DNA of 64,000 bases from a plasmid. Numbering within the stretch: position 1 is the first letter of the stretch; each line of letters begins with the position of its first letter. A program made the position numbers and the translations under genes. This document shows, piece by piece, positions 1-9,485 of this stretch. Under the pieces are notes generated by a model. That model was not told the origin of the DNA, did not search any database, and saw only the letters and a program-made list of their open reading frames with translations. The stretch lies in sequence record NZ_CP086424.1. One strand, given 5' to 3'.

Positions 1-41
1 TTGGGGGTGGTCTTGATCACCTGCGAGAAACCAAAATAGAG

Positions 42-833
42 GTGGGTATGGCAAAAGTAATCAGCTTCGCCAACCAGAAAGGCGGAGTGGGTAAGAGTAC
101 CCTCTGTATCCAGCAGGCCTTTTATCTGGCGTTACAGAAGAAAAAGAAAGTGCTGGTCTTGGATATGGATGGTCAGGGGAACACGTCCTCTCGACTGGCC
201 CCCAGACGAGAGCTTGAGGATGGTGACTACGAGCCCATCCTCACAGGAACCAAAACCGCAGAGCTGTTCGCTTACGAGCTGGACGGCATTGAGGTCATGC
301 ACTGCCCTTGCGGTGCAGACCTCATTCATACGCCGAAAAACGACCCGGATCTGTTTGAGATGGAGGCTGTGCCTCTTGACCAGGCCATGAATCCGGCTCG
401 CCATTTGGCTGAGCTGTTTGAGAACTACGACTACGTGCTGATTGATTGTCCGCCTAGCCTCGGCAGAAAGCTGGTGGCAGCGTTGGTGATGTCTACCCAT
501 GTGGCATGTCCAGTAAAGCTCTCTGGCTTCGCTGTGGACGGCGTAGAAGGTCTCCTGAACACGATTATTGGTGTGCGCGAGGCGTACAACCAAGATTTGG
601 AGATCCTGGGCATCGTGATCAACGACATGGACCGCTCTGTCAATCACGACAAAGCCCTCAAGTCGCTGGAGAACACAGTTCCGGATCTGTTGTTTGAGAA
701 CAAAATTATGCACCGGCCTCCGCTCGATACGGCGACGACTGATGGCATCCCTGTCTGGGAGCTTCGCTATGGACATGTCGCGGCCAAAGAAGTTGAGGCG
801 GTGTTGGAAGAACTATTAGAGAAGGTGGGCTAA
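42..833 (+). CDS. parA: ParA/Soj-family partition ATPase
   Basis: Deviant Walker A KGGVGKST near the N-terminus. Length 263 aa. Immediately followed by parB. Confidence 0.9.
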   Translation: MGMAKVISFANQKGGVGKSTLCIQQAFYLALQKKKKVLVLDMDGQGNTSSRLAPRRELEDGDYEPILTGTKTAELFAYELDGIEVMHCPCGADLIHTPKNDPDLFEMEAVPLDQAMNPARHLAELFENYDYVLIDCPPSLGRKLVAALVMSTHVACPVKLSGFAVDGVEGLLNTIIGVREAYNQDLEILGIVINDMDRSVNHDKALKSLENTVPDLLFENKIMHRPPLDTATTDGIPVWELRYGHVAAKEVEAVLEELLEKVG

Positions 834-836
834 GCG

Positions 837-2018
837 ATGGCATTGAACAATTTAAAAGGCCTGTCCGAACTTGCTAAAGCCGCCAAAGGCAAGAAAGGCA
901 AAGAGGTTCTTACCGTACCTGTTGACGACGTTGTATCCAAGGTCCAGGTTCGTAAGCGCTTCCGTAACATTGAAGAGCTGGCGGCAACCTTGCTGACCGA
1001 AGGGCAGCAGTCTCCGATCATCGTGTTCCCGAAGAACGAAGAAGGCAAGTTCGTCATCCAAAAAGGGGAGCGGCGTTGGAGAGCGTGTAAACACGCTGGT
1101 ATCGAGACCATTGACTTGGTGGTGAATGATAAGGTCCAGAACAACTTGGACGAGACTGCTGGTGAGCTGATCGAAAACATCCAGCGGGATGACTTGACTC
1201 CGGTAGAGATTGCCGAGGCGTTAAACCTGTTTATTGAAGAAGGTTGGAAGCAAAAGGATATTGCTGATCGGCTCGGTAAGAATATCACTTTCGTATCTAC
1301 GCATCTGTCGTTGCTCAAGCTACCTGACTGTGTGCGTGAGTTATACGATAATGAAGTATGTTCTGATACAGAGACCTTGAATAACCTTCGTCTCTTGTTC
1401 GATCTGAATGAAGAAAGATGTCGCGCCGTCTGCGCGGTGGCTATGTCTGACGGGATTACTCGTAAACAAAGCCGTGAGCTGCTGAATGATGCCAAACGTA
1501 TCAAAGACGAAATGGAAAAAGGCCCACTGACTGGCTCCCACCAGAATGATGAGCTTGGCGCTGGCAACACCGACGAGCAATCCCTCAACTCGGGTGGGGA
1601 TGGTACGTCGGAACAAACCGGGAATGACGACCTGAACCTTGCCCAGGAGGAACTGGAAGGGGGTAAAAATTCCAATGGTCAGGACGATGATGACGAAGAC
1701 CCTTTGCGTGATGAAGAGGGTGAGCACAAAGATCCTGTCAAGCAGCCAGATAACAGCGGCAAGGACAAAGATGAAGAAGGCGGTGATGCTCTTCCTCCTC
1801 TGCCGAAGGACAAGGAATGGAAGAACGTCCGGGCTGACAGTTTGATTTTTGCTGTCAACGTTAACCTGGATGGCGAGACCAAACGTGGAGTCATCATGAC
1901 CGACCGTGTTGCTCTGGTTCCGTCTACTGTCTGGGTTAAAACGCTCGATGGCGAAGGCAAGGAAAAGCATGTTCATGTGCCTGTGTCAGACATTGAACTC
2001 CTGAGTGTCGAAGGCTAA
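837..2018 (+). CDS. parB: ParB-family partition protein with an acidic, low-complexity C-terminal half
   Basis: ParB/Srx-like N-terminal domain, with an HTH-like middle segment. Position after parA, with a 4-bp gap. Confidence 0.85.
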   Translation: MALNNLKGLSELAKAAKGKKGKEVLTVPVDDVVSKVQVRKRFRNIEELAATLLTEGQQSPIIVFPKNEEGKFVIQKGERRWRACKHAGIETIDLVVNDKVQNNLDETAGELIENIQRDDLTPVEIAEALNLFIEEGWKQKDIADRLGKNITFVSTHLSLLKLPDCVRELYDNEVCSDTETLNNLRLLFDLNEERCRAVCAVAMSDGITRKQSRELLNDAKRIKDEMEKGPLTGSHQNDELGAGNTDEQSLNSGGDGTSEQTGNDDLNLAQEELEGGKNSNGQDDDDEDPLRDEEGEHKDPVKQPDNSGKDKDEEGGDALPPLPKDKEWKNVRADSLIFAVNVNLDGETKRGVIMTDRVALVPSTVWVKTLDGEGKEKHVHVPVSDIELLSVEG

Positions 2019-2060
2019 TAAAGGAGGCCCAGCCAGAGAGGTTGGGCCTGTCAAGAACAG

Positions 2061-2339
2061 GTGAATATGAAGATCTCACAGGACATGAAAAGAAAATTTG
2101 CTTTGGTGAATGCCCTGTCTAAAACGGAGAAGCCAAGTCTCCAAGACCTTCACAAGGCAACAAATATTCCTGAATCAACGATCAAGAGACAGTTGTCTGC
2201 CCTGCGTGATGAGTTCGGAATGAATATCTTGTTCGTCAGGGAGTCTACCGGCGAACGAGGTGCCACCGGCTACTACATGCTGACAGACTGGGGGATCTTA
2301 GACAGGTCTTCGTTCTTGAACCGGTACGGAAAACTGTAA
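2061..2339 (+). CDS. Small HTH-like protein, third gene of the par operon (IncC 053-like)
   Basis: 92-aa ORF with an RBS-like AGGAGG upstream. Followed by a bidirectional terminator. Confidence 0.5.
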   Translation: MNMKISQDMKRKFALVNALSKTEKPSLQDLHKATNIPESTIKRQLSALRDEFGMNILFVRESTGERGATGYYMLTDWGILDRSSFLNRYGKL

Positions 2340-2364
2340 GGTGCCATAGAGCAGCGCATTGAAT

Positions 2365-2394
2365 GCAAAACCCGCCAATCGGCGGGTTTTTTTA
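2365..2394. terminator. Bidirectional rho-independent terminator
   Basis: AAAACCCGCCAATCGGCGGGTTTTTTT hairpin plus T-run, between convergent genes. Confidence 0.7.
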
Positions 2395-3027
2395 TGCTGC
2401 CACGGTAGCGGCGGTTGCTGGAGGTTTTTCGGCGTAGTAGGCGATGTTCTTGGTTCGTCTGCTAAGGGTGTCTATGCCGACGATACTCAGCGTTTTGGGA
2501 GTGGTATTGCGGGACTCGAAATAATGGAATAGCTGGATCATGCAGCACTTCACCATCAACGGATCGATGTCTTCCAGGTAGATTGAGGCTTCTCTCAATG
2601 CTTCGGGACCGTGGTTCTCGATCAGGTTTTCCATCCAGTGAATGGCGTTGATGCCAGAACCACAGCAGGGCTCATAAAAGTCTGCCGAAGACTGTGAGCC
2701 AACAATGAGTGACATCAAGCGGCCAATCTCTGGAGGAGTGGGGAAGTAATTGGTGCCCTTCTTGTGGAAGCCAGACATGCTTAGGACGTAACCCAAAACA
2801 TCGCTGGTGGGGTCGCGCTTAATGGCGGCAGACAGGACGTGAGAGAGCTCGAAGGCGACCGGCTGAAGTTCTTCCGGGATCTCCTCCTTGGCTGGGTATA
2901 GGCCAGTCTGCAAGTATGCCCACTGGTCAATAAAGGCCTCAACAAACCGAGATGTGCCCATTCTGTATCGGGACTGCTCGATGAGAGATAAAGCCTTGGA
3001 TGTAAGTTGCTGTGTTTCTGGTGACAT
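2392..3027 (-). CDS. N6-adenine methyltransferase-like SAM-binding fragment; HsdM-type motifs X and I present, catalytic NPPF/DPPY motif absent
   Basis: Motif X GTNYFPTPPEIGRLM and motif I FYEPCCGSGINAI. ORF ends before any (N/D)PP(F/Y). Start chosen at the ATG with a GGAG Shine-Dalgarno at 3027 rather than 3060. Confidence 0.5.
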   Translation of the reverse strand: MSPETQQLTSKALSLIEQSRYRMGTSRFVEAFIDQWAYLQTGLYPAKEEIPEELQPVAFELSHVLSAAIKRDPTSDVLGYVLSMSGFHKKGTNYFPTPPEIGRLMSLIVGSQSSADFYEPCCGSGINAIHWMENLIENHGPEALREASIYLEDIDPLMVKCCMIQLFHYFESRNTTPKTLSIVGIDTLSRRTKNIAYYAEKPPATAATVAA

Positions 3028-3398
3028 AAGCGCTCCAGTTTGTTCTGACGAAACATTCAAGAGGTAGAAACGAAGAACCCCGCCGAAGCGAGGTTCTTTG
3101 CTTTCCTGCCTGATCGCCTTAATGCCGAAGCAAAGACGTCTTGATAAAGTCGGGGCAACCGGACATTTCCCGGTCGATGAAGTCCTGACGTTTCGCCAGC
3201 GGCCATTTCATGAACGCCGCGAGCGGGATGCGCTTATTCGTGTTAGTATTGCCTTGCAGCATAACAAAGCTCCTTAATTGCTTGATTGTGTTGTAAGGGC
3301 TGCAACGAAGGTCGAAGAGCGATGCGGCCCTTATTTATGATTATTACAGCATCATAAAATAATATCAAGAGACAATAAAACGATACCAAGAAACAAAA

Positions 3399-3414
3399 CT
3401 TTCACATGTGAAAG
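3399..3414. repeat. Perfect 16-bp palindrome CTTTCACATGTGAAAG, copy 1 of 4
   Basis: Identical copies at 20818, 46361 and 61757. Confidence 0.9.
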
Positions 3415-3474
3415 TCTCCCCGCTGTCCACCTCGCACACTCCAAACGCCCAAACGCCCAAATAACTTGTCTATC

Positions 3475-3499
3475 TGCCCAAAATGGGCGCGTAAGCGTC
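3475..3499 (+). promoter_or_regulatory. AcaCD/SetCD-like activator box, copy 1 of 7
   Basis: TGCCCAAAATGGGCGCGTAAGCGTC matches the 7-copy consensus. It lies 105 bp upstream of the 3580 operon. Confidence 0.55.
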
Positions 3500-3579
3500 C
3501 GATAGAAAGTAATTGTTAGTGAGATATTGACTACACGGAATATGGCTATATCATAGAATCATAAAATGATGCTGTAAAA

Positions 3580-3966
3580 GTGATATGTATGCCAAAGCAA
3601 GCAAATCATCTCCGTTTGAAGAAACCTTGCGCCAACTGTCCATTCCGGAAGGAGGGCGCTATCGAGCTGGCCCCTGGGCGATTAGAAGGCATCATCAACG
3701 ACATCGTTGAAAACGACATGACGACGTTTCATTGCCACAAGACCGTGCACTCAAAGTCAGGTGGTGAATGGGATGAAGAGGGTAACTATGCACCTTCGGG
3801 ACAAGAGTCGATGTGTGCCGGTGCTGCGGCTTACTTGATGAAAATAGGCAGGCCGACAGTGGCTATGCGAATTGCCTTTGCGTTTGGTGATGCAAAGGTG
3901 TCCGACTGGGACGAAGCTCAAGAGCTGGTTGTCGAGCCTTTGGTACAAGGGGACCGAAATGAGTAA
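3580..3966 (+). CDS. Small Cys/His-rich hypothetical protein (CANCPF…HCH)
   Basis: ORF of 128 aa. GTG at 3580 or ATG at 3589. First gene after the activator box. Confidence 0.5.
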   Translation: MICMPKQANHLRLKKPCANCPFRKEGAIELAPGRLEGIINDIVENDMTTFHCHKTVHSKSGGEWDEEGNYAPSGQESMCAGAAAYLMKIGRPTVAMRIAFAFGDAKVSDWDEAQELVVEPLVQGDRNE

Positions 3967-4240
3967 GCGATATGCGGTAGTGCCGCATCCGAAACTGAAA
4001 CGAGAGTACAAAGGTCGGCTGGTCAGAACTACTCGGGTACTAAAAAACGGCTGGGGGTTGATCCCTCTAGGGGCTGTGGCAACGGTCACGCATCAGTCTC
4101 CCAAGGGATCAGAACTGACCTTTGAACCATGCGACTGCTGCGGCCTGAAAGCCATTATCAGTCATGTAAGCATGGACTCCATTGAATTTATCGAACCGAT
4201 TACTGAGGAAGAAGATGGACGAGAACAAGCTCAACATTGA
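3959..4240 (+). CDS. Small hypothetical protein with a CDCCG motif
   Basis: The ATG overlaps the stop of the upstream gene by 8 nt (translational coupling). 93 aa. Confidence 0.45.
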   Translation: MSKRYAVVPHPKLKREYKGRLVRTTRVLKNGWGLIPLGAVATVTHQSPKGSELTFEPCDCCGLKAIISHVSMDSIEFIEPITEEEDGREQAQH

Positions 4241-4889
4241 AACGGTCGATGGGCACAACGAGCTGGTAGTCAGCTTTTTGTCCAGAATGGTAAGCCTGAG
4301 TGACGAGGAAAAGCAGACAGTATTGTCCTGCCTTCCGGACACCGGCAAACAAACAATCACCCAGCTCTATGAGGCGCTGCGTTCTCAAGGGCACCAGGAT
4401 CTTGCAGAGAAAGTCGAACCATACCTCCAGCAGGGGGTGTTTGGGCCGATCTTCGATAACGCCAAGTCCAAGGTGTTCGTTCGGGACGAAGCGCCTTTTT
4501 TCCTCATGGATGAAAATCCTTTGAACTGGGATGACGCTAAAGCATTCAATCGCCTACGTATGAGTACGACCTGTGTTCTTGGCCGTGGCGGCTGGACTAT
4601 CGGTGAGCGCTTTGATGACCGCTTTGATACCGAGGTGGGCGGAACACAGCTTATCGTCACTCAGTCACTCAACGAAAAAGGTGAGATTGAAGGAGGACTT
4701 CCTACCTCGATGTCGCTGAATGACTTTGCTGAGTTCCCTAAACAGCCAAGGCCTCCTCAAATAGTCGATTACCAGGAAGACAAGCGATACACGCTTGAGG
4801 AAGCGGAAGCTATCCCTGAGCTCGCACCAGTGGTTCAGCGTCTGAAAGAGCGCATCGAAGAGTATGAGGAGAGAAGAGCCCATGATTGA
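4215..4889 (+). CDS. Hypothetical protein with an acidic C-terminus
   Basis: ATG at 4215 preceded by GAGGAAG. 224 aa. Confidence 0.55.
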   Translation: MDENKLNIETVDGHNELVVSFLSRMVSLSDEEKQTVLSCLPDTGKQTITQLYEALRSQGHQDLAEKVEPYLQQGVFGPIFDNAKSKVFVRDEAPFFLMDENPLNWDDAKAFNRLRMSTTCVLGRGGWTIGERFDDRFDTEVGGTQLIVTQSLNEKGEIEGGLPTSMSLNDFAEFPKQPRPPQIVDYQEDKRYTLEEAEAIPELAPVVQRLKERIEEYEERRAHD

Positions 4890-5388
4890 CCTGACATGCC
4901 GCCTTTGTGCTGGTTCCGGTGTTTATGACTTTTCCCCTTCCAAAGAAACCTGCGGTATGTGCCAAGGGCATGGGAAATTTGTTGACGCCAAAGCAATGCT
5001 GGTGGCTGCCATCGAGCTGGCAAAGAAGCAACGCGAGCCTGTCATTGAAGTGGTAATGGGGTTGGTGCTCCAGGGTGTGGATGTTAGAGGGAAGGAGCCT
5101 GGAGAGCGGTTCAAGGCTGCTCAGGCCTTTAACGCCCCAGGGCACAACCTATTACGATACGGGTGGGATGCTTGGGAGCTCTATGCCCTCCATGAGGGTG
5201 TAAGTCCAGAACTTGCATCGCTTGGCCGAAGTGTGATGCGCGAGTGGCATAGCCATTCATGGGGCCGGTTCAGTGGAGAGGTAGGCTTTAACGCCGCCGA
5301 GATCATGATCAAACAGGCCAAAGACAACCCAGAAAAAGCAGAAGAGCGCTGGGCGTTCCTGCTTAGTGAAGAATGGATGGTGGAGTAA
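4882..5388 (+). CDS. Small protein with an N-terminal DnaJ-type zinc-finger (two CxxCxGxG repeats)
   Basis: CRLCAGSG and CGMCQGHG near the N-terminus. The ATG overlaps the upstream stop. Confidence 0.55.
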   Translation: MIDLTCRLCAGSGVYDFSPSKETCGMCQGHGKFVDAKAMLVAAIELAKKQREPVIEVVMGLVLQGVDVRGKEPGERFKAAQAFNAPGHNLLRYGWDAWELYALHEGVSPELASLGRSVMREWHSHSWGRFSGEVGFNAAEIMIKQAKDNPEKAEERWAFLLSEEWMVE

Positions 5389-5705
5389 TTGTCGTGACAG
5401 AACAAACCAATAAGAAATTGATGCTGGATGAGTCTCCAGATATGCCCCTGCAATTCAAGTGGAGAAAGTTTGGTGGTGCGATTTTTACTGCCACGCAAAC
5501 AATGGAGCACGTCAAGGAAGGACGTAAGCTCGGGCCGACTCCAGCAGGGATGCTACCTCAAGAAGTGTGGCTGAACCGCCTGATCGCTATGGAAGAAACC
5601 CTGCCACGAGGGAAGTTTTTTGACAGATTCCGCCGCCGCGACAAAAACGAGCAGTATGACTTGGCCGCCGATCATCTCCGTCTTGTCGGAAAGAAAAAGC
5701 GATAG
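5373..5705 (+). CDS. Hypothetical protein with a basic C-terminus
   Basis: ORF of 110 aa overlapping the upstream gene end. An alternative GTG start lies at 5394. Confidence 0.4.
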   Translation: MDGGVIVVTEQTNKKLMLDESPDMPLQFKWRKFGGAIFTATQTMEHVKEGRKLGPTPAGMLPQEVWLNRLIAMEETLPRGKFFDRFRRRDKNEQYDLAADHLRLVGKKKR

Positions 5706-5713
5706 GGGGATAG

Positions 5714-6214
5714 ATGAAAGCCCAGGCATACCCACCATCAGTCATTCGTAAAGGCGCTGTGTTGTACGCAGCCCTTTATTACATCTCTGATGATGATAAA
5801 GCAAAGGTCGAGGTTACAGAGTGGATAGTTCGCTCTATTCAGAAACGACGCAACTCAACCAGCGATCAACGCTATGTCAATCTTGCCCAAAAGTTAGATG
5901 GGATTACGTGGGGGAAAAGGTCACGGAAGAATGGGGACTTTGGTTGGTTGCCATCTATACCGAGCTGGTGCTTGAAGCAGTTCCGGGAAGGTGGCGAATT
6001 GCCTTTTGGCGTTTATACGACGCGACTGGCCGCTCTCAAGTTTGCGAAAGTCAGCTTGCAGGAAGAGGTCCAATATTGCGAGGCCGAGCTGAAAAAGGCT
6101 CAGACAGAAGAGGATACTCAGGAACTCCAAGAGGAGCTGGCGGAGAACCAGAGACTTCTGAAAGCTGCTGGAGCAATGGTGAAGCGCGAGCAAAACAAGA
6201 AGAAAAGAGGTTGA
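5714..6214 (+). CDS. Hypothetical protein with a coiled-coil C-terminus
   Basis: ORF of 166 aa. Tightly packed in the operon. Confidence 0.5.
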   Translation: MKAQAYPPSVIRKGAVLYAALYYISDDDKAKVEVTEWIVRSIQKRRNSTSDQRYVNLAQKLDGITWGKRSRKNGDFGWLPSIPSWCLKQFREGGELPFGVYTTRLAALKFAKVSLQEEVQYCEAELKKAQTEEDTQELQEELAENQRLLKAAGAMVKREQNKKKRG

Positions 6215-6217
6215 CCA

Positions 6218-7645
6218 ATGTTACCGATCGTCTCCCCCTCCGTAGTAACCAAACAACTTGCGTTCAATCGAGTAGGCGATAAACGCAAGGTTAGGGTTTC
6301 GTCCAACTTTTTGGATGTTATGGGGTTCAAGCCAGGTATGGGCATCGCCGTTGAGCCAGGGGAGGGGATGGGCGGTTTTTCGGTGATCCCAGCGACCGAT
6401 GAACTACAGACACACCAGGTTTATCAGCGCCGGTATCAACCAAAGAGTCGCTCCAACAACCCGCTGGAAACCGTTATTGAGTTTTCTGGACAAGGGCTCA
6501 TAGATAAGTGCTTCCCTCGCTATACAGAGCGTTTCCACGTCGAAATGCGAAAAGGTCGAGTAGTCTTCACTCCCGTCGCAAACAGAGCCTTTGCCATTGC
6601 TGATCGGTTCAGAAAAACCAGCCCTTTCCGTGCCTTTGTGGCATTGACTGGCGGGGTAGACATTCATGTTATGGAATCGCTTGGCTGGAAGGCTGAGATT
6701 GTTTTGGAACATCGTCCAGTTGAAGCCAGAGACAGAGCATCCGGGCGGAACCTGAGTGAAGTACATGCGCTCAATACGCTGGTGAACAGCTCCCCGCGTA
6801 TCCTGCTGAATGAAGACATTCATCACCTGGAGCTGGATCGCCTTGGAGCCTTGCTGGCGGAGTGCCCACCAATTGGTTTGGCCCATTACTCGTTGGGGTG
6901 TGATGACCACTCAAACGCCAAAAGTCCAAGGGACAAAGAGCGTTCTCTTGAAGATCTCTCCACCATGCTCGACATGGTTTACCCGGCACTAAAACAGATC
7001 GAGGTCGTGAACCCTGCCGTCGTGCTGGTGGAAAACGTCCCGAACTTCAAAGCATCCGGAGCCGGGGCGATGATGGGAACGACACTGCGGCGGATGGGGT
7101 ACTTCCTCACTGAGATGGTCTTGAACGGTCTGGATTTCGGCGCGTACCAGGGGCGAGAACGCTATTACATGGTGGCGTCGGTCTTCCCTGGGTTCGTTCC
7201 ACCGAAACCTGAGCAGAGAGCTGGTGGACGATTGTGGCCGGTGATCGAGAAGCACCTCGGGGATTGTGCAGACGTCACAGCGTTGAAGTCAATTCAGGCC
7301 AGAGAGTCAACTTCTCGCAGGATGCCTGCGTTCTTGACGAGAGAAAGCACCAGTTGCCCGACCATCCTCAAGTCTCAGGATCGTGGGGTAAAGGATGCAG
7401 TGTACATCCAAGACGGTGGCCGCATTTACAAGCCATCGGTCGATCTGGTTCAGGAGTTGATGTCGATACCTGATAGCTTTGATATTTCGTGGATGGCAAA
7501 AGAACAAGCGACAGAAACACTTGGGCAGAGTGTGGATTACAGATTGCATTCAGCGGTCATGGCCGCAGTTCGGGATCACCTGAATGTGAATTGCGGTCGC
7601 CATACCGTGGTGCAGCACGGTATCAGAAGTAAGGAAGGTAAATAA
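6218..7645 (+). CDS. C5-cytosine methyltransferase-like paralog with degenerate motifs I and IV
   Basis: ENV motif (NPAVVLVENVPNF) and QxRxR (QGRERYY) are present. Motif IV reads LGCDD (Gly-Cys) instead of Pro-Cys. Motif I reads ALTGGVD. The N-terminal domain of about 100 aa resembles that of the dcm gene at 62725. Confidence 0.6.
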   Translation: MLPIVSPSVVTKQLAFNRVGDKRKVRVSSNFLDVMGFKPGMGIAVEPGEGMGGFSVIPATDELQTHQVYQRRYQPKSRSNNPLETVIEFSGQGLIDKCFPRYTERFHVEMRKGRVVFTPVANRAFAIADRFRKTSPFRAFVALTGGVDIHVMESLGWKAEIVLEHRPVEARDRASGRNLSEVHALNTLVNSSPRILLNEDIHHLELDRLGALLAECPPIGLAHYSLGCDDHSNAKSPRDKERSLEDLSTMLDMVYPALKQIEVVNPAVVLVENVPNFKASGAGAMMGTTLRRMGYFLTEMVLNGLDFGAYQGRERYYMVASVFPGFVPPKPEQRAGGRLWPVIEKHLGDCADVTALKSIQARESTSRRMPAFLTRESTSCPTILKSQDRGVKDAVYIQDGGRIYKPSVDLVQELMSIPDSFDISWMAKEQATETLGQSVDYRLHSAVMAAVRDHLNVNCGRHTVVQHGIRSKEGK

Positions 7646-8301
7646 TGGCAGTCATTTACTACGGCGAGGGAACCCATGACGCCGGTTTCGTCGGGTTCCG
7701 TGTCGCACGAACAGTTGGGGTGGCGGATGATTACCGGCAGGAATACTTCTCCTTGAGAGAGTATTCCTACGCAACAGCTCACCGGCTGGCCTACAGCTTG
7801 GACCGAAAGTGGGAAGCTGAGGCAGAAGAGGTGAAGCGTCAGAATAAGACTTGTAAGCGGCGACGCAACTCCGGGCCAAATATCATTGCTGAGGGGCTGA
7901 GGGCTTATATCAGTATCGAGAACCGGAGCCGGATGGGGGTGAAGAGAACCTACTTCGCACCTTGTTTTCTCGTCACAAAGCCAGGCTACGGCAATGGGGA
8001 TATTGTTTTCAGGATTTCCACTCATGGCTACGCAGAAGCCTACGAAAAGGCGGTGGAAAAATATTGTGAGATCCATGATTTGACGGATGAGCAGTATGTT
8101 GAGTTGCTTGACCGTATGCCGAGTACAGAGGTGTTCACTGGATACCTGCTGAATGCTCTTTTAATACGCGGTCATCGCGCCACAAAAGCTGAAATACTGA
8201 GTAAGCTGGGGGCTGCGAAGAATGAAGATGACATCACCAATAGCAAAGGGAAAAGCGGCCACAACAGAGTGCGTTGCCCAGAGTATCGGTGGGCGCAATA
8301 A
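7645..8301 (+). CDS. Hypothetical protein
   Basis: ORF of 218 aa. The ATG overlaps the upstream stop. Confidence 0.5.
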   Translation: MAVIYYGEGTHDAGFVGFRVARTVGVADDYRQEYFSLREYSYATAHRLAYSLDRKWEAEAEEVKRQNKTCKRRRNSGPNIIAEGLRAYISIENRSRMGVKRTYFAPCFLVTKPGYGNGDIVFRISTHGYAEAYEKAVEKYCEIHDLTDEQYVELLDRMPSTEVFTGYLLNALLIRGHRATKAEILSKLGAAKNEDDITNSKGKSGHNRVRCPEYRWAQ

Positions 8302-8356
8302 CAGCGCCAGATGTTCAAACCATGTTTTATAGCAACACCTCTTTGGGGGCGGAATT

Positions 8357-8974
8357 ATGTTTTTTGATAACAAAGTAGAATCTCACTCGCTCGTAATGGG
8401 AGCCAGCGGGAAGGGCAAATCGGTCTTGTCCGAACAAGTGCGGAAAAACGCGAGGCTGCGCGGTGATCTGCTGGTGGATACTGAGATGTACCGTGAAGGT
8501 CGAGGGTTGAAACCATACGAGCATGAGTACGCTCGTCGCTTAGTTCTGGGGCTAAGTGGACCGTTGCCGCGTGAACTGCGTGGGAAGCCGGTGACGGTTA
8601 TCTCTGATGTGTCCAGACCAAAAAAGGTAAAGCGTCAGCCAAAGCAATTTGTTAAGACCGTAAATGGCGTCACCCTTGAACGCCAATTGGTGGCAGATGC
8701 AAGAGACCAGTTGGAAATGCAAACAGGCGTCTGGCTCAAACAACCTCAGCTCATCGAGCTGATGGAAGAGTCGGGCATAGACGAAACTCTAGCCGATTTT
8801 GGTGAGGCTGAAACACAGATCCGAGAAATGCTGGCGGATGCGTTGGCGATGAAACTGGTAGGGCGCTCATGGCCCAAGTGTGGAGCCCTCTATAACGCGG
8901 CAGAAAAGTCCGACGTTAACTTTTCCTCCGAGCTTGATGCTGCGGCAAAAGAAGCTGGATACATGGTTCGCTGA
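8357..8974 (+). CDS. Small P-loop NTPase/kinase-like protein
   Basis: Walker A GASGKGKS at residues 15–22 of a 205-aa protein. Confidence 0.5.
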   Translation: MFFDNKVESHSLVMGASGKGKSVLSEQVRKNARLRGDLLVDTEMYREGRGLKPYEHEYARRLVLGLSGPLPRELRGKPVTVISDVSRPKKVKRQPKQFVKTVNGVTLERQLVADARDQLEMQTGVWLKQPQLIELMEESGIDETLADFGEAETQIREMLADALAMKLVGRSWPKCGALYNAAEKSDVNFSSELDAAAKEAGYMVR

Positions 8975-9181
8975 ATGGGATTTGGTGTGGACAAGATAGA
9001 TCGGCAAAGTTGGCTCGTTAAATTCAGGCGAGCGAAGTGTCAGGACACTTTAGACACGATGCGGGATGCGGCCATTCGCAACTATGAAGGGAATATTCGT
9101 GTTATCGCGGATATTGTATTGGCCCATGAGGCGAGAGAGACAGAAATTGAAAAAGGGATGTTTTGTCTAATAGTTAGATAG
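8975..9181 (+). CDS. Small hypothetical protein
   Basis: 68-aa ORF directly abutting the upstream stop. Confidence 0.3.
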   Translation: MGFGVDKIDRQSWLVKFRRAKCQDTLDTMRDAAIRNYEGNIRVIADIVLAHEARETEIEKGMFCLIVR

Positions 9182-9206
9182 TCTGATGAGCTATCAGGTG
9201 GTGATT

Positions 9207-9485
9207 ATGAAAAAGAGAATACTTCATCTGCCCGTAAAAAAGATTTACTTCGATCAGATCAAATCTGGAGAAAAACCAGATGAATATCGCCTCGTCACAG
9301 ACTACTGGATAAAAAGACTAGAGGGGCGCGAGTATGATGAAGTCCATGTTAAGTGTGGCTACCCAAAGGCTGGAGATATGTCCAGGATAGAGATTCGTCC
9401 TTGGCGTGGCTTCTCAAGGAACGTCATAACGCACCCGCACTTTGGAGATTATCCGGTTGAAGTATTCGCCATCCATGTGAATTGA
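9207..9485 (+). CDS. ASCH-domain (PUA-like) protein
   Basis: LHLPVKKIYFDQIKSGEKPDEYRL pattern typical of ASCH domains. ATG at 9207 with an AGGTGG Shine-Dalgarno. Confidence 0.55.
   Translation: MKKRILHLPVKKIYFDQIKSGEKPDEYRLVTDYWIKRLEGREYDEVHVKCGYPKAGDMSRIEIRPWRGFSRNVITHPHFGDYPVEVFAIHVN

Noticed and set aside
1560-1830. Low-complexity acidic repeat region, looked at as a possible tandem repeat or CRISPR-like array
   Set aside because: It is in-frame coding sequence of parB (D/E/G-rich linker) with no regular direct repeats or spacers. The same applies to the Gln/Gly-rich stretch at 55680–55990 in the vWA gene and the Lys/Pro/Glu-rich tail of traI.
132-1976. Long antisense ORFs on the minus strand overlapping parA and parB (132–776, 830–1675, 1341–1976) and similar shadow ORFs inside traI, traC, traN and the 1828-aa gene
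   Set aside because: They lie wholly inside well-supported sense genes with recognisable motifs. They have no RBS and a Ser/Arg/Pro-rich composition typical of reverse-frame artefacts.
6218-7645. First impression that the Dcm-like paralog had a Cys-to-Pro (PP) catalytic substitution at ECPPIG
   Set aside because: The equal 45-residue spacing to the ENV motif aligns the catalytic dipeptide with LGCDD instead. The Cys is retained and the Pro is replaced by Gly. The protein is called degenerate, not Cys-less.
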